A DNA stretch of 64,000 nt from a virus (Duplodnaviria > Caudoviricetes). The position numbers and the translations under genes are program-made. The notes under the pieces are model-generated. The model was not told the origin of the DNA. It did not search any database and saw only the letters and a program-made list of their open reading frames with translations. This document shows positions 47,408-56,965 of this stretch, one piece after another. Each line of letters opens with the position of its first letter. Position 1 is the stretch's first letter. The stretch spans positions 64,001-128,000 of the IMG/VR virus record IMGVR_UViG_3300031414_000007. The stretch is one strand, 5' to 3'.

Positions 47408-48090
47408 TAGTCTACTTCCTCCTCGTCTTCGACAGCGTTGGCGCGAGGACCTAAGTCCATATCGATCTCAACGTTATCAGTGATTTCACCGTAGTTGTTG
47501 ATCTTCGCCTGCTCCATATTAAAACCAATCTTGGTATGAATCGTAATTGGGATCTCAAGCTCGAAGCTACCTGGTGTGCTGCCGTCATCGAGGTCATCAA
47601 TGTTAGGCAGAGGGATAGAGTCATCGAGTTTAACACGCACAGTCCATTTGGCGGTAGGCATCTCGATAGAGAAGCTCATGAGATCAGTCAGGCCTGCGAT
47701 AAGAGCCTGCTGCACAAACAGCAAGGCATCGTCGATGTTCATGAACTTAACGAACAACGAACCAGTGAGTGTCACAGGAAAGTAGTAGTTCGTCACAACG
47801 ATGGCGTTAGTATCATCGTTGCCTAATGCCCAGCCTGAGCCGTGTCGTGCAATGTTCTTGATCGGAACAGACTCGTCACGGTTGAATGCCATTGTAGGCA
47901 ACTTGAACCATCCATACGGATAGTCAGTGCTTTGATTGTTCGTTGCACGAATACCCTGTTTCGGGTTGTTATGCACAGACCAAACAAAACGCTTTAAGTT
48001 GAACCCTTGGCGGAACTGACGTTGAAAGCCAAACAAGGTAGCTTTCAGTGACGTACTGTTCTTGAGCATACCTGCAAGGTTAGCGCTCAT
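47407..48090 (-). CDS. Neck/tail completion protein (inferred, 227 aa)
   Basis: GGAG RBS; position between capsid and sheath genes; beta-rich like tail terminator proteins. Confidence 0.5.
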   Translation of the reverse strand: MSANLAGMLKNSTSLKATLFGFQRQFRQGFNLKRFVWSVHNNPKQGIRATNNQSTDYPYGWFKLPTMAFNRDESVPIKNIARHGSGWALGNDDTNAIVVTNYYFPVTLTGSLFVKFMNIDDALLFVQQALIAGLTDLMSFSIEMPTAKWTVRVKLDDSIPLPNIDDLDDGSTPGSFELEIPITIHTKIGFNMEQAKINNYGEITDNVEIDMDLGPRANAVEDEEEVD

Positions 48091-48108
48091 TTTCTTGCTC
48101 CAGATACG

Positions 48109-48136
48109 AAAAAAGGGCGGCCGAAGCCACCCTTTT
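48109..48136 (-). terminator. Rho-independent terminator with cUUCGg loop
   Basis: Minus strand AAAAGGGTGGC-TTCG-GCCGCCCTTTT followed by TT; ends the capsid operon. Confidence 0.85.
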
Positions 48137-48155
48137 GGTTACCCTTAATCGGGTG

Positions 48156-48569
48156 TTAGTCGAGTCGTAAACGAATCAATGAGGAAGGGGCGGATGAATC
48201 GGATTCGATTGCATCATCTGCATCGTCCTCTTCTTCATCACTAAGCTCGTCCTCAAATTCGTCTTCTTCGTCGCTATCAGAGTTAAGGCTGATAACTTCG
48301 TCGTCGCACAACGACACGGCTGTTTCTTCCTCGGCATTAAGCTCTAAAGCAGCGGATAACGCAGCGACGGATTCGTTCAGTCCAGACGCGTTGCTCACAG
48401 AGTTTACCAAGCAAGAAGCCTGGAAGTTATCCGCGAGTTCGCATTCGAGAAAGTCCTCAGCGTCCGGCGCATACGCAGCTTGCGAGAGCAAACGCGCAAC
48501 GTCAGTCCACTGTCCTTCACGCGCCGCGACGATTGCCAGTGCAGCTAAGGAACCAGATAAAGTCTTCAT
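48156..48569 (-). CDS. Small acidic protein downstream of the MCP (137 aa)
   Basis: GAGGA RBS; acidic tract; several S-x-S-like motifs. Confidence 0.7.
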   Translation of the reverse strand: MKTLSGSLAALAIVAAREGQWTDVARLLSQAAYAPDAEDFLECELADNFQASCLVNSVSNASGLNESVAALSAALELNAEEETAVSLCDDEVISLNSDSDEEDEFEDELSDEEEDDADDAIESDSSAPSSLIRLRLD

Positions 48570-48620
48570 GCTTGGTCCTCAGTAGTGAGGGCAGCATAAG
48601 CCACCCTCGGCAATCAATCG

Positions 48621-49721
48621 TTAACCACGAACAGCTTTAGCTACAGAGCGCACGTTCGCCAGAGTGAAGGAGAAGGTGCTAGACAGCAGCCAGCCGCGGT
48701 CGGTGTTACCCTGGTTCGCACCGGAAGTCGGGGTAGACTGGGTGCCGCCACGAGTGGTGTACACTGCGTGGTAGTCCTGGTCGGCCAGAACGTACAGTTC
48801 GCCGTCGTGCAGTACGCGGTGTTCCGGAGCGCGGAAGCCGTCAGTTACCAGTTCCATACCCAGCAGGGTACCCAGGCGACCAGTGGTGATCAGGTCGTAT
48901 TTGCTTACCGGGTCCAGAGCAGAGGAGAACTGATCGTTACCAACGATATCGTTCCAGTAGTCCTGCGCCATCACAGCGGTGCTAACAGGCAGCGGCCATG
49001 AAGACACAGAATTTTTCAGAGTAGACAGCAGACGCGGAGTCAGGTCACCGTGAACCCAGGTGATCGGGTTAGCAACACCGACTGCCTGGTCACAAGCGCG
49101 TTTCCACAGACGGTCTTCTGCAACCATGATAGAAGACAGGCCGTCCTGTTGAGCGCGGTCCAGCAGATCGCCGTTGATTTGGTCCAGGTCCATTTTGCTA
49201 ACACGAATGTTAGATTTCAGTTCGAACTCAGCAGGCGTGTAAACACGGCCGCGGAATTGACGGTAACCGAAGTCAGTAGGACCGGTCGCGATTACAGCTT
49301 CTGCCTGGTGGATTTTCAGTTCGATACGAGCAATGTCGCCCTGACGAACGGTAGCGCCTTTACAAACTTTGCGCAGCAGGCCCGCACGTTCAGCACGGTC
49401 TTCGATAGATGCAACGATAGAAGCACCCAGAGAAGCCCACTTCTCGCCGCTGCTATCAGCAACAGCTTCCTGAATCAGCTCAACTTTCTCAGCGTCGGTC
49501 AGACCGTTCTGAGCGCCGGAGTGTGAGTGAACGATGTTGCCGTTGGCAGCTTCTTCCATCAGACGGCTGATGTTACGCAGGAGGTCTTTGTTCGAGTAGG
49601 CGTTGATTTCGCCGGTGCTCTCACTCAGAGCCAGATCGCCTTTACCACCGAAGCGCAGGTCTTCGATTGGGGCACCGTTACGCAGAGTTACTTTAGCGCC
49701 GCGCATTAAGGAATTGTTCAT
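48621..49721 (-). CDS. Major capsid protein (HK97 fold, inferred)
   Basis: 366 aa with very strong codon bias; downstream of protease and scaffold genes; EFELKSNIRVSKMDL...DLLDRAQQDGLSSIMVAEDRLW and GRLGTLLGMELVTD resemble capsid E-loop/P-domain motifs. Confidence 0.85.
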   Translation of the reverse strand: MNNSLMRGAKVTLRNGAPIEDLRFGGKGDLALSESTGEINAYSNKDLLRNISRLMEEAANGNIVHSHSGAQNGLTDAEKVELIQEAVADSSGEKWASLGASIVASIEDRAERAGLLRKVCKGATVRQGDIARIELKIHQAEAVIATGPTDFGYRQFRGRVYTPAEFELKSNIRVSKMDLDQINGDLLDRAQQDGLSSIMVAEDRLWKRACDQAVGVANPITWVHGDLTPRLLSTLKNSVSSWPLPVSTAVMAQDYWNDIVGNDQFSSALDPVSKYDLITTGRLGTLLGMELVTDGFRAPEHRVLHDGELYVLADQDYHAVYTTRGGTQSTPTSGANQGNTDRGWLLSSTFSFTLANVRSVAKAVRG

Positions 49722-49779
49722 TAGTTGCTCCTGAGAATAATCTCGTAGTTTCAGTTCAAACAGTTACGGTGCGCGACGA

Positions 49780-50487
49780 TTAGGCGCCGTAAGAGGAAGA
49801 CATTTCGATGACAAGGAAGCCGCGCTCAGAAGTAGGCGCTTCTTTGATGATGCAGCCTTTCAGCTCGGTACCAGCACCGCCGATAGTCAGCAGGCCGTCC
49901 GGACCCAGGCTCGGGTGCATCACGTTGTCAGCAGACCAGTCAGCAGTCGGGTCAAACATAGAGGTAGCGATGTTACCCAGTTTGATATAACCGATACGAC
50001 CAGCGATGTTAGAAGCCAGGCCGCCGATAGGGGCGTCAGCAGTGTAAGAACGCGCTTCGGTAACAGTCAGCTCGTAACCATACTGGATGCGAACTTTCTT
50101 ACCTACGTCGTCAGCGTGGAAGTACAGGTCAGCGCCCTGCACACCAACTTTACCGGCAGCAGAGGCAGAAGCGGTAGCTTCCTGCTCGGCTTTAGCGCCG
50201 TCGACTTTAACCAGCATAGCGCCAGCGGTCGGTACGCGAGATGCAGTGAACTTTTTGGTAGAGTCAATAACGAACTCTTCCACGCGGTTCATGTGCGAAG
50301 GAGGCATAGAGCGAGCCAGTGCGAAGCCAGCGAAGACTTCTTCGGCAGCGCCAGTAGACAGACGCAGGTAAGAGTGACCGCCTTCGCGGGCCCAAACCAG
50401 TGCAACGCCTTCTTCGTGGATTACTTCGCCCGGCAGCAGGTCAGCTTCCTGGGTCTGTACGATATCGGTAGCATTTTGAAACAGCAT
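49780..50487 (-). CDS. Capsid-associated (decoration/cement-like) protein (235 aa)
   Basis: Start moved to ATG 50487 (GGAG RBS); highly biased codons; immediately upstream of the MCP. Confidence 0.55.
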   Translation of the reverse strand: MLFQNATDIVQTQEADLLPGEVIHEEGVALVWAREGGHSYLRLSTGAAEEVFAGFALARSMPPSHMNRVEEFVIDSTKKFTASRVPTAGAMLVKVDGAKAEQEATASASAAGKVGVQGADLYFHADDVGKKVRIQYGYELTVTEARSYTADAPIGGLASNIAGRIGYIKLGNIATSMFDPTADWSADNVMHPSLGPDGLLTIGGAGTELKGCIIKEAPTSERGFLVIEMSSSYGA

Positions 50488-50513
50488 GATGTTTCTCCAA
50501 TAAGAGAGATTAA

Positions 50514-50522
50514 AAATTAACT
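50514..50522 (-). promoter_or_regulatory. Variant late promoter motif AGTTAATTT
   Basis: One mismatch to the consensus; 27 nt upstream of ATG 50487. Confidence 0.45.
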
Positions 50523-50538
50523 GTCGTGCAGGCCGCAA

Positions 50539-52557
50539 TTACATGCGGCGCAGACGGGACAGCTTATCTTCGAATGAGCCAGTGGAAGCTGAACTCTGGG
50601 ATTGAACAGGTACGTCGCTCTGAGTCAGCAGTTCAGCGGCGTTGACCGGAGCTTTAGGCTGCGCGGCTACAACTTGCTGTTGAACAACTGGAGCACGTTC
50701 TGCGGTAACAGTACCAGCAGCCGCGTCGATAGACTCAGAGATTTCGTTCTGCGCGACTTCGGACTTATTCATCAGGTCCATCGCTTTTGACAGCGCGGTC
50801 GTCAGGAAGTCTTTGCCGTGGGCGATGAATGCGCGTTCTACTACAGCGCGTGGTTCTTTGATGCCTGCTGCGGACAGCGAGCTAACCAGGCTTTCGACGA
50901 TTGGGTTACGCACATCACCCCAGAAGTTTTTGGTAACGCCCAGCTGGGATGCAGACAGAGCAGCGACGAAACGATCAGTGTAAGCTGAGGTCGCTTCTTC
51001 GATAGTGCCCGTAACGTTCGCAGTAGCTTCGCTAATACGTGCGTCAGATTCTGCCACCAGCAGTGCATCTACCGGCATTTCGATCTGATACGGCATAAAG
51101 CCGAATGCTTCACAAGTACCGGTCACGCCAGCGCTGTTAAGCGAGTGTGATACTGCACGGATGAAATTATCAGATGCGAAAGATTTCGCAGCGTTTTCTT
51201 CGCCAACTGCACCAGACACAGAAGCGAATGTTGCGCGAGCAATCGGCTGGCCGTCATAGTACATATGTACAGTGTCGAGCTTACCAACAGCGCGGCTCAG
51301 GCTAACCAGCTGAGGGTCAAGCGTGCCGTGTTGTGCTTGCGCAGTGGACAGGCTGTTGAAGACGCGGCTGACGGATTTGCTTTCAGAATCAAAATCATCT
51401 TCGTCATCGACGTCGAGATCATCTTCTTCCAGTTCTTCCTCGTCGTCGAGGTCTTCATCATCGAGGTCTTCATCGTCCTCGTCAATGTCGTCTTCTTCGT
51501 CGAGATCGTCGTCAGAGCTGGATTCTGAATCGAAGTCCTCGTCCTCGTCTTCTTCTTCGAGGTCGTCCAGGTCTTCGTCATCTTCCAGATCTTCATCGTC
51601 AATGTCGTCCAGATCGTCTTCATCCAGATCTTCATCGTCGAGGTCGTCTTCGTCATCAATATCATCTTCATCATCGTTAGACGATTCAGAGTCGAAGTCT
51701 TCGTCCTCGTCATCAGACGAATCATCTTCGTCCTCGAGGTCTTCTTCTTCGATAATATCAATGTCGCTATCGTCGTCGCCAGATTGGGATGCAATCGGCT
51801 CGTCGACCAGCGCGGCAGAACAATGCGCACAGAACACAGGCTCTTCATCAGAGCTTACAGTGAACGGCTGTTCGCAGTTAGCGGAGCAGCTATAGATGTG
51901 CGCTTCGACTTCGCCATTGGCCGCGTTGCTGGACAGAGCAGTGATAGCTTCTGGAGCTTCCTGCGCTTCGCAGTTCTCAACGGCCTGGCCGGTGTACGGG
52001 TCGAAGTTTACGGTAGTAGCAGCGTTGAAGCTACCAGTACCAGACAGTGCGGTAAACGCGTGTGCGTTGCTCAGAGCCAGAGCGAAGTTGCGTTGTGCAG
52101 CTTCGGCAGTCTCGCCGGTAGCAACCAGACCAGCGTGTTCAATCTGTTCGTCAGCAGAAGCGGATTCGGCCAGGAACTGAGTAACACGTTCGTCGGTGAT
52201 TTCGGACAGGTCAGCAGAGCACGATGGGCAGCAGCCCTGAACCAGCGCGGCAGAATCAGAGATAACGTGGCTACCACAACCATCAAGACAGATGGTGTAA
52301 TGAGCTTTCACATCACCAGCAGAAGACTGCGACTGGACTTCGGCTTTCTCAACCAAATCAGGATGCTCCACCAGCAGTTCTTCACCGCCGTTCGGATTGT
52401 AGAGGTCAGCGCCACTTTGCGAAGCAAAGCCTACACCTTCAGTAGAACCATAAATCATCAGGTTCTGACCGGTTGCAGTGCGGCGAAAATTCTCTACTGC
52501 CTGATTATGGTTTTGACCGACACACAGGATACCCGCGAGTTGGGTAATCTTTGGCAT
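50539..52557 (-). CDS. Prohead core/scaffold-like protein with Cys clusters and long acidic tract (672 aa)
   Basis: Start moved to MPKIT at 52557 (GAGGG RBS); CLDGCG..CCPSC and CSANC..CAHC clusters; Asp/Glu tract of more than 100 residues; upstream of the MCP. Confidence 0.65.
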   Translation of the reverse strand: MPKITQLAGILCVGQNHNQAVENFRRTATGQNLMIYGSTEGVGFASQSGADLYNPNGGEELLVEHPDLVEKAEVQSQSSAGDVKAHYTICLDGCGSHVISDSAALVQGCCPSCSADLSEITDERVTQFLAESASADEQIEHAGLVATGETAEAAQRNFALALSNAHAFTALSGTGSFNAATTVNFDPYTGQAVENCEAQEAPEAITALSSNAANGEVEAHIYSCSANCEQPFTVSSDEEPVFCAHCSAALVDEPIASQSGDDDSDIDIIEEEDLEDEDDSSDDEDEDFDSESSNDDEDDIDDEDDLDDEDLDEDDLDDIDDEDLEDDEDLDDLEEEDEDEDFDSESSSDDDLDEEDDIDEDDEDLDDEDLDDEEELEEDDLDVDDEDDFDSESKSVSRVFNSLSTAQAQHGTLDPQLVSLSRAVGKLDTVHMYYDGQPIARATFASVSGAVGEENAAKSFASDNFIRAVSHSLNSAGVTGTCEAFGFMPYQIEMPVDALLVAESDARISEATANVTGTIEEATSAYTDRFVAALSASQLGVTKNFWGDVRNPIVESLVSSLSAAGIKEPRAVVERAFIAHGKDFLTTALSKAMDLMNKSEVAQNEISESIDAAAGTVTAERAPVVQQQVVAAQPKAPVNAAELLTQSDVPVQSQSSASTGSFEDKLSRLRRM

Positions 52558-52633
52558 GGTTAAAACCCTCATAGAATTTAGTCGTTGAATCGACAGGTTG
52601 AAATTAAAATATGCAGAAAAAATTCAGGTATTT

Positions 52634-53758
52634 TTAAATTTTTCTGCTATCAATGTCAGTTTGAGGAATATATCTGTTTTCGAAGTATTTCGAGACAATT
52701 TCAACACCATTTAAGGTATATACGTTGCGCAGACTATATCCCCAAACCATCAGCTCCGCAAGCGTTGCGAAGTGCTCGGCGGGTACCGAACTAATGGTTC
52801 GCGCGTTAAGCGAATCTGGATGGATTTTCTTGCCCTTGATAGCCTGATCGAACTTCATGCGGTCAACGTTACGAATCATCGTATGGTCCACAAAATGGGC
52901 CAGTTCGTGAGTAATAACGTGAGCCATACTCAGACTATTATAGCCACCAAGTAGATGCACCAACTGCGCAGGATGGATTGAAATAGCGCCATACAGGAAG
53001 CCGTGTACGCGATACGTTGCGATATGGCTACCACCACTATCCGAGTTAGCTTTTAACAGGCCAACATACAGACGTTTGAATGGCAGTGCTATGTTCAGAC
53101 CAATGCCAGGCATGACGTTTTCCTGAATGTCTTTAAGAACATAATCAGGAGGACTAACGCCGTTCTTCTCAAGCGTAACGCCAGGCACACGCAGGTCATC
53201 CATACCCATTATTTCAAGATGCACTTTACCGCACTTCTTAACAGGCTTGGTGGCGTAGTTGTTTGGCGTACCACCCGGATAAATTGCTGAGGCATATTGC
53301 AGTGGTTTGAAATTACCAAAATCAGGCATATCGCCAACACGGCGCTGAATAGCCTTTAATGAATCAGGTGTGTCTTCCTCAGCAGAGTCCTCAACAGGTG
53401 CTTCCGGCTCAGGTTCTGGTGCAGGCTTTTTCTTAATAGAAACTGGTTTGGGTTTTGGTGCTGGTGGCGCAGGCTTCTTCTGCTTCTCCTCATAAGGAGT
53501 GAAGTCAAAGCCAGGCTTAAAGAGCGCATCAGGTTTTGCAGTGAATGGGCGACTGTTCTGAATGAGCTTGTCACCGTCTTCTCCACTGATTGCATATGCC
53601 TGATCGTATTTAGGATGGGCTATGTAGTACAGGTCGCTGTTCACTTTGAGAAGGCCAATGACCTCGCGCGGTTCCATGTGGACTCCGTTTGAGATCATTG
53701 CCGCCTGACCGAGATAGCGATAGTACGAATAGTCAGCTATTGCTAAACCTTGTGACAT
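52634..53758 (-). CDS. Zincin-like metallopeptidase with shared N-terminal domain (374 aa)
   Basis: HELAH (HExxH) plus downstream AEHFA; Pro/Lys linker; start moved to ATG 53758, coupled to the upstream TGA. Confidence 0.65.
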   Translation of the reverse strand: MSQGLAIADYSYYRYLGQAAMISNGVHMEPREVIGLLKVNSDLYYIAHPKYDQAYAISGEDGDKLIQNSRPFTAKPDALFKPGFDFTPYEEKQKKPAPPAPKPKPVSIKKKPAPEPEPEAPVEDSAEEDTPDSLKAIQRRVGDMPDFGNFKPLQYASAIYPGGTPNNYATKPVKKCGKVHLEIMGMDDLRVPGVTLEKNGVSPPDYVLKDIQENVMPGIGLNIALPFKRLYVGLLKANSDSGGSHIATYRVHGFLYGAISIHPAQLVHLLGGYNSLSMAHVITHELAHFVDHTMIRNVDRMKFDQAIKGKKIHPDSLNARTISSVPAEHFATLAELMVWGYSLRNVYTLNGVEIVSKYFENRYIPQTDIDSRKI

Positions 53759-54537
53759 CAGGCCATCCTTAACAGATGTTCTTTGTATGTTGCAGCACAC
53801 GCGAACGCTGGGTCGTCCACGCTACTGCACTCAAAGCCTGTCAGCATCTTGCAATCACGATAGACCAATCGGCCAGTACGCGCATCAAGATACGTTGGTT
53901 TGTTGAACGCCGTATGCGAACAGAAGTTACGATGTTTAGGCGTAACCAACTGACCACAGATACTGCACTTATACGCACGGTAGGTTGTGCCTTTGCTGTA
54001 CGTGTTCAGTTCACCGCTCATGATACGATCACAGCGCTCAGGGCAACGAGAACGGTCGAAGGCCAGCAGCAACGTCAGACGCGCATGATCACCACGGAAG
54101 TTCTTGAGCTTAGACAAGTTACTGTCGAAGATCATGCCCATGGCTTGGCGGTAGTCTTTGTTGTTGTGTTCGATAAACGTCGGCTTACCAATGAACGTCT
54201 GATATGCAAGACGGCCCTGGTCAGGGTTGAACGTTAACCACTCCTGCAGGCTAAACGCATCACCATTCGTGTTCGGCAATTCAGTGATGTTTACCGGAAC
54301 AGGCACGATGATGTAGTCGCGGATGTTGCGTGACGTGTTATACATCTCAGCCGCTTTAGGCAGCCACACGTTCACGTCAAGATTAAAAGAGCCTGTCTCA
54401 ATACCGAAACGCGACGCATCCACACGGATAGACTTAGCTGTACGGCTAACATCTTCCTTGTGCATATCAATCGCGTTCAGTCCGACGAGGCCCATGTCCG
54501 AGGTATCAAACGACTCGGAGCGAATGGACTGGTCCAT
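53758..54537 (-). CDS. Prohead maturation protease (HK97/assemblin-like serine protease)
   Basis: GKPTFIEHN (His), TYSKG (Ser), CSICG..FCSH and GFECSSVDDPAF match prohead protease motifs; located in the head module. Confidence 0.8.
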   Translation of the reverse strand: MDQSIRSESFDTSDMGLVGLNAIDMHKEDVSRTAKSIRVDASRFGIETGSFNLDVNVWLPKAAEMYNTSRNIRDYIIVPVPVNITELPNTNGDAFSLQEWLTFNPDQGRLAYQTFIGKPTFIEHNNKDYRQAMGMIFDSNLSKLKNFRGDHARLTLLLAFDRSRCPERCDRIMSGELNTYSKGTTYRAYKCSICGQLVTPKHRNFCSHTAFNKPTYLDARTGRLVYRDCKMLTGFECSSVDDPAFACAATYKEHLLRMA

Positions 54538-54547
54538 CGTGTACTCC

Positions 54548-54958
54548 CTATTGGAATTTGTCGATATTGCTCTGCGTATTGGTTAAACGCACCTGACCTT
54601 CATCTGCTTGGAAGCAGTCGAGGCCATTAACGCTGTTCAGCCAGTAACGTAAGCGGCCATTAGAAATTACTGCACTTTCGACAAATGCGGGAATTTCGAA
54701 GCCTTCTTTTGTCTTCACTAATACTTCGACGCCTGGGTAGAACACATCAAAGGACTTCGTGCTGAATATCGGTTTAACTATAGCAGATTCACAAACAGGG
54801 TGCTGGGCGTAGCGGCTGCTTATCATATAGATCGCCTCTTCCTTACCGATAAGGATAGAGTTGATAGTGCCACGCAAAATACACGGCGAACACAGCTCCG
54901 AAGGAATTTCGAAAGAAACAATGTCGCCTATGTTGTAGGCAAAAGAGAATTGCGGCAT
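54548..54958 (-). CDS. Protein with two tandem SH3/KOW-like repeats (136 aa)
   Basis: YNIGDIVSF...GTINSILI...YMI repeated as FYPGVEVLV...AFVESAVI...YWL; start moved to ATG 54958. Confidence 0.55.
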   Translation of the reverse strand: MPQFSFAYNIGDIVSFEIPSELCSPCILRGTINSILIGKEEAIYMISSRYAQHPVCESAIVKPIFSTKSFDVFYPGVEVLVKTKEGFEIPAFVESAVISNGRLRYWLNSVNGLDCFQADEGQVRLTNTQSNIDKFQ

Positions 54959-54959
54959 G

Positions 54960-55841
54960 TTAACCTCGCAGCGCACCACGCGCCCACGACTTAGCGAGAG
55001 CCAGAGTCATACGCGTCGGGTTATGAAGTTTGACTTCACCTTTGTGGACGGCAGTGAACGGCTCATGAGGATTCTGACTGCGGCCAGAACGATAGGCAGC
55101 TTCATTGAATCCATCAAACAGCGTCACTACCCAGCCAGTGGATTTATCAGAGCATTCACCACAGGCTTTGTCCCACGCAATCTTACCGCACACACGCCCA
55201 CCAGCGTTAATCGCATAACTGACCTGCTCAGTGCCTTTATAAATGTCAGAGGCCTTGAGCGTTTTGAAGGTCACACGCGACGATGACTCAGAACGTGGCA
55301 TCATCTTTTCTTTGATTGCTTCAACATCAAGCGAACCCCAGAAAGATTCAAACAGCGCGGCAAACTTCTGCTCAATAGGAAGTTCGATTGCGTTGATTTG
55401 TGCGATAGTGCTGGAGCTGTCTTCCAGCACACGATTAAGGAAGTAGCCGCCTAAGATCACAGGCATCTGAGTGCCTTGTGAACCAGCAGTCAGGCCAGCC
55501 TTCTTACAGTAGATTTCAGACAGGCCGATAGCCAGACGCGCAAGAGTCATGAACGTCTGCTTCTCGGTCGAGTTAGCAATCTCTGTGTAGATACGCGCAG
55601 CGATGGCAGGAACAACAGTACGTTTCGCCACGCTCAGAATATCTTCCGGCTTAATAGGCTGGCCGAGCTTTTTACGCGCGGCCAATTCGAAAGCGTTAAT
55701 CAGGCTGGCTTTGTTCGCTGCCGTCAACGACTCGCCTAACTTGATAGTCGTCAGCTCCGCGCTGCTCACTATCCCCTGTTGAGGCGTTTTCTCCAGTCGG
55801 CGTACTCCCGACGTCGATCTCACCAATCGCTTTACTGTCAT
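54960..55841 (-). CDS. Hypothetical protein (293 aa)
   Basis: Start moved to MTVKR at 55841 (AGGA RBS); helical N-domain, PRSESS linker, beta C-domain. Confidence 0.6.
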   Translation of the reverse strand: MTVKRLVRSTSGVRRLEKTPQQGIVSSAELTTIKLGESLTAANKASLINAFELAARKKLGQPIKPEDILSVAKRTVVPAIAARIYTEIANSTEKQTFMTLARLAIGLSEIYCKKAGLTAGSQGTQMPVILGGYFLNRVLEDSSSTIAQINAIELPIEQKFAALFESFWGSLDVEAIKEKMMPRSESSSRVTFKTLKASDIYKGTEQVSYAINAGGRVCGKIAWDKACGECSDKSTGWVVTLFDGFNEAAYRSGRSQNPHEPFTAVHKGEVKLHNPTRMTLALAKSWARGALRG

Positions 55842-56949
55842 TTGTTTGTTCCTGAGTAGCAGGCTGCTGCATGTAAGCAAGCAAACCAGAGTTCTGAATT
55901 GCTTCACCCAAATCTTCACCACGGTGCATGGTAAGTTGAGCAAGGTAGTTGAGAGCAGGTTCAACCATACCGAGATTACGACAGCCCCAATAAGCTGTTT
56001 CGTAACATAGGTCTAAATTAATAGAGGTCTGGTCAAACAAGAAACTTTTTGGATTCTGCTTGGTCGCTTCGATGCCTTGAATGGCCATGCCCACCGCATT
56101 CATCATATCGTTGTGGCGATAGAAAATGTCAGCGAGCATACCGTAGCACTCAACGCGATCAGGGCGGAATGCAATCGCGCGGTAACACGCAAAGATAGAC
56201 TCCTGAGTGAATCCCTGTTTGAATGTCGCTTTCGCCAGTTCAATATTAGCGATAGCCACATAGTCAGCCCAGCGAGCAATGCCAGCGAGGCGATCTACTT
56301 CACGACGAGCATCATCAAGCAGGTCAGCACGATCACCGTAGCACACGGCATAGCAGAGTTCACGCGCATAGTAGAAACTGCAACGATCATCATGTGGATA
56401 ATCACCCACGTCCAGACCAAGCTCAAGCAGATAACCGCGCGGCTTTGTGTTGTCAGGGTAGTGGTCAGTTGCGAACGTTGCCTCTACAGTACGCAGACGC
56501 TGATCGGGTTTGCGAGACGACAGGACTTCATGCGCACGATACTTCCAGAAGTAAGAGCGACGACGATACGCTTTCATCTGCTGGTAATGACTGTCACCGT
56601 TACGCATCATAATCCAAACAGCTTCGGCATGTTTGATGTGTTTGGTATTGCGAAGTGTCTCAACCCAATTAGGGTCATCGAAACGTTCGTCAATGTCAAG
56701 CCACACAACGAGGTCGTCCTCGGAGAACGGCGTAGCGGCCAGTTCACGACTCGCACCTAGATTGCGTTCCTCTGATACGTCGAACACATGATACAGGTTA
56801 GGGTGCGTGAACGCCGAGATGATGTTTGTGGTTTGGTCTTCGCTACCAGTGTCAACGATACTGATTGCATCAGCACCAGCAACGTGCTTCAACCACTCAC
56901 CGATGTTCTTTTCTTCATTACGGCAAATAGCCGCTACGCAGATTCTCAT
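55696..56949 (-). CDS. GT2 glycosyltransferase with TPR-like repeats
   Basis: ICRNEE, IVDTGSEDQT, WLDIDE (DxD), WKYRAHE; C-terminal YYARE/RPDRVE TPR-like helices. Confidence 0.85.
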   Translation of the reverse strand: MRICVAAICRNEEKNIGEWLKHVAGADAISIVDTGSEDQTTNIISAFTHPNLYHVFDVSEERNLGASRELAATPFSEDDLVVWLDIDERFDDPNWVETLRNTKHIKHAEAVWIMMRNGDSHYQQMKAYRRRSYFWKYRAHEVLSSRKPDQRLRTVEATFATDHYPDNTKPRGYLLELGLDVGDYPHDDRCSFYYARELCYAVCYGDRADLLDDARREVDRLAGIARWADYVAIANIELAKATFKQGFTQESIFACYRAIAFRPDRVECYGMLADIFYRHNDMMNAVGMAIQGIEATKQNPKSFLFDQTSINLDLCYETAYWGCRNLGMVEPALNYLAQLTMHRGEDLGEAIQNSGLLAYMQQPATQEQTNDSKAIGEIDVGSTPTGENASTGDSEQRGADDYQVRRVVDGSEQSQPD

Positions 56950-56965
56950 ACATGCCTCATTTGGG

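Noticed and set aside
55696-55841. 146-nt overlap between the glycosyltransferase C-terminus and the next gene
   Set aside because: The overlapping GT tail is low-complexity and lies beyond the TPR region, so it is more likely a non-functional extension than true dual coding.
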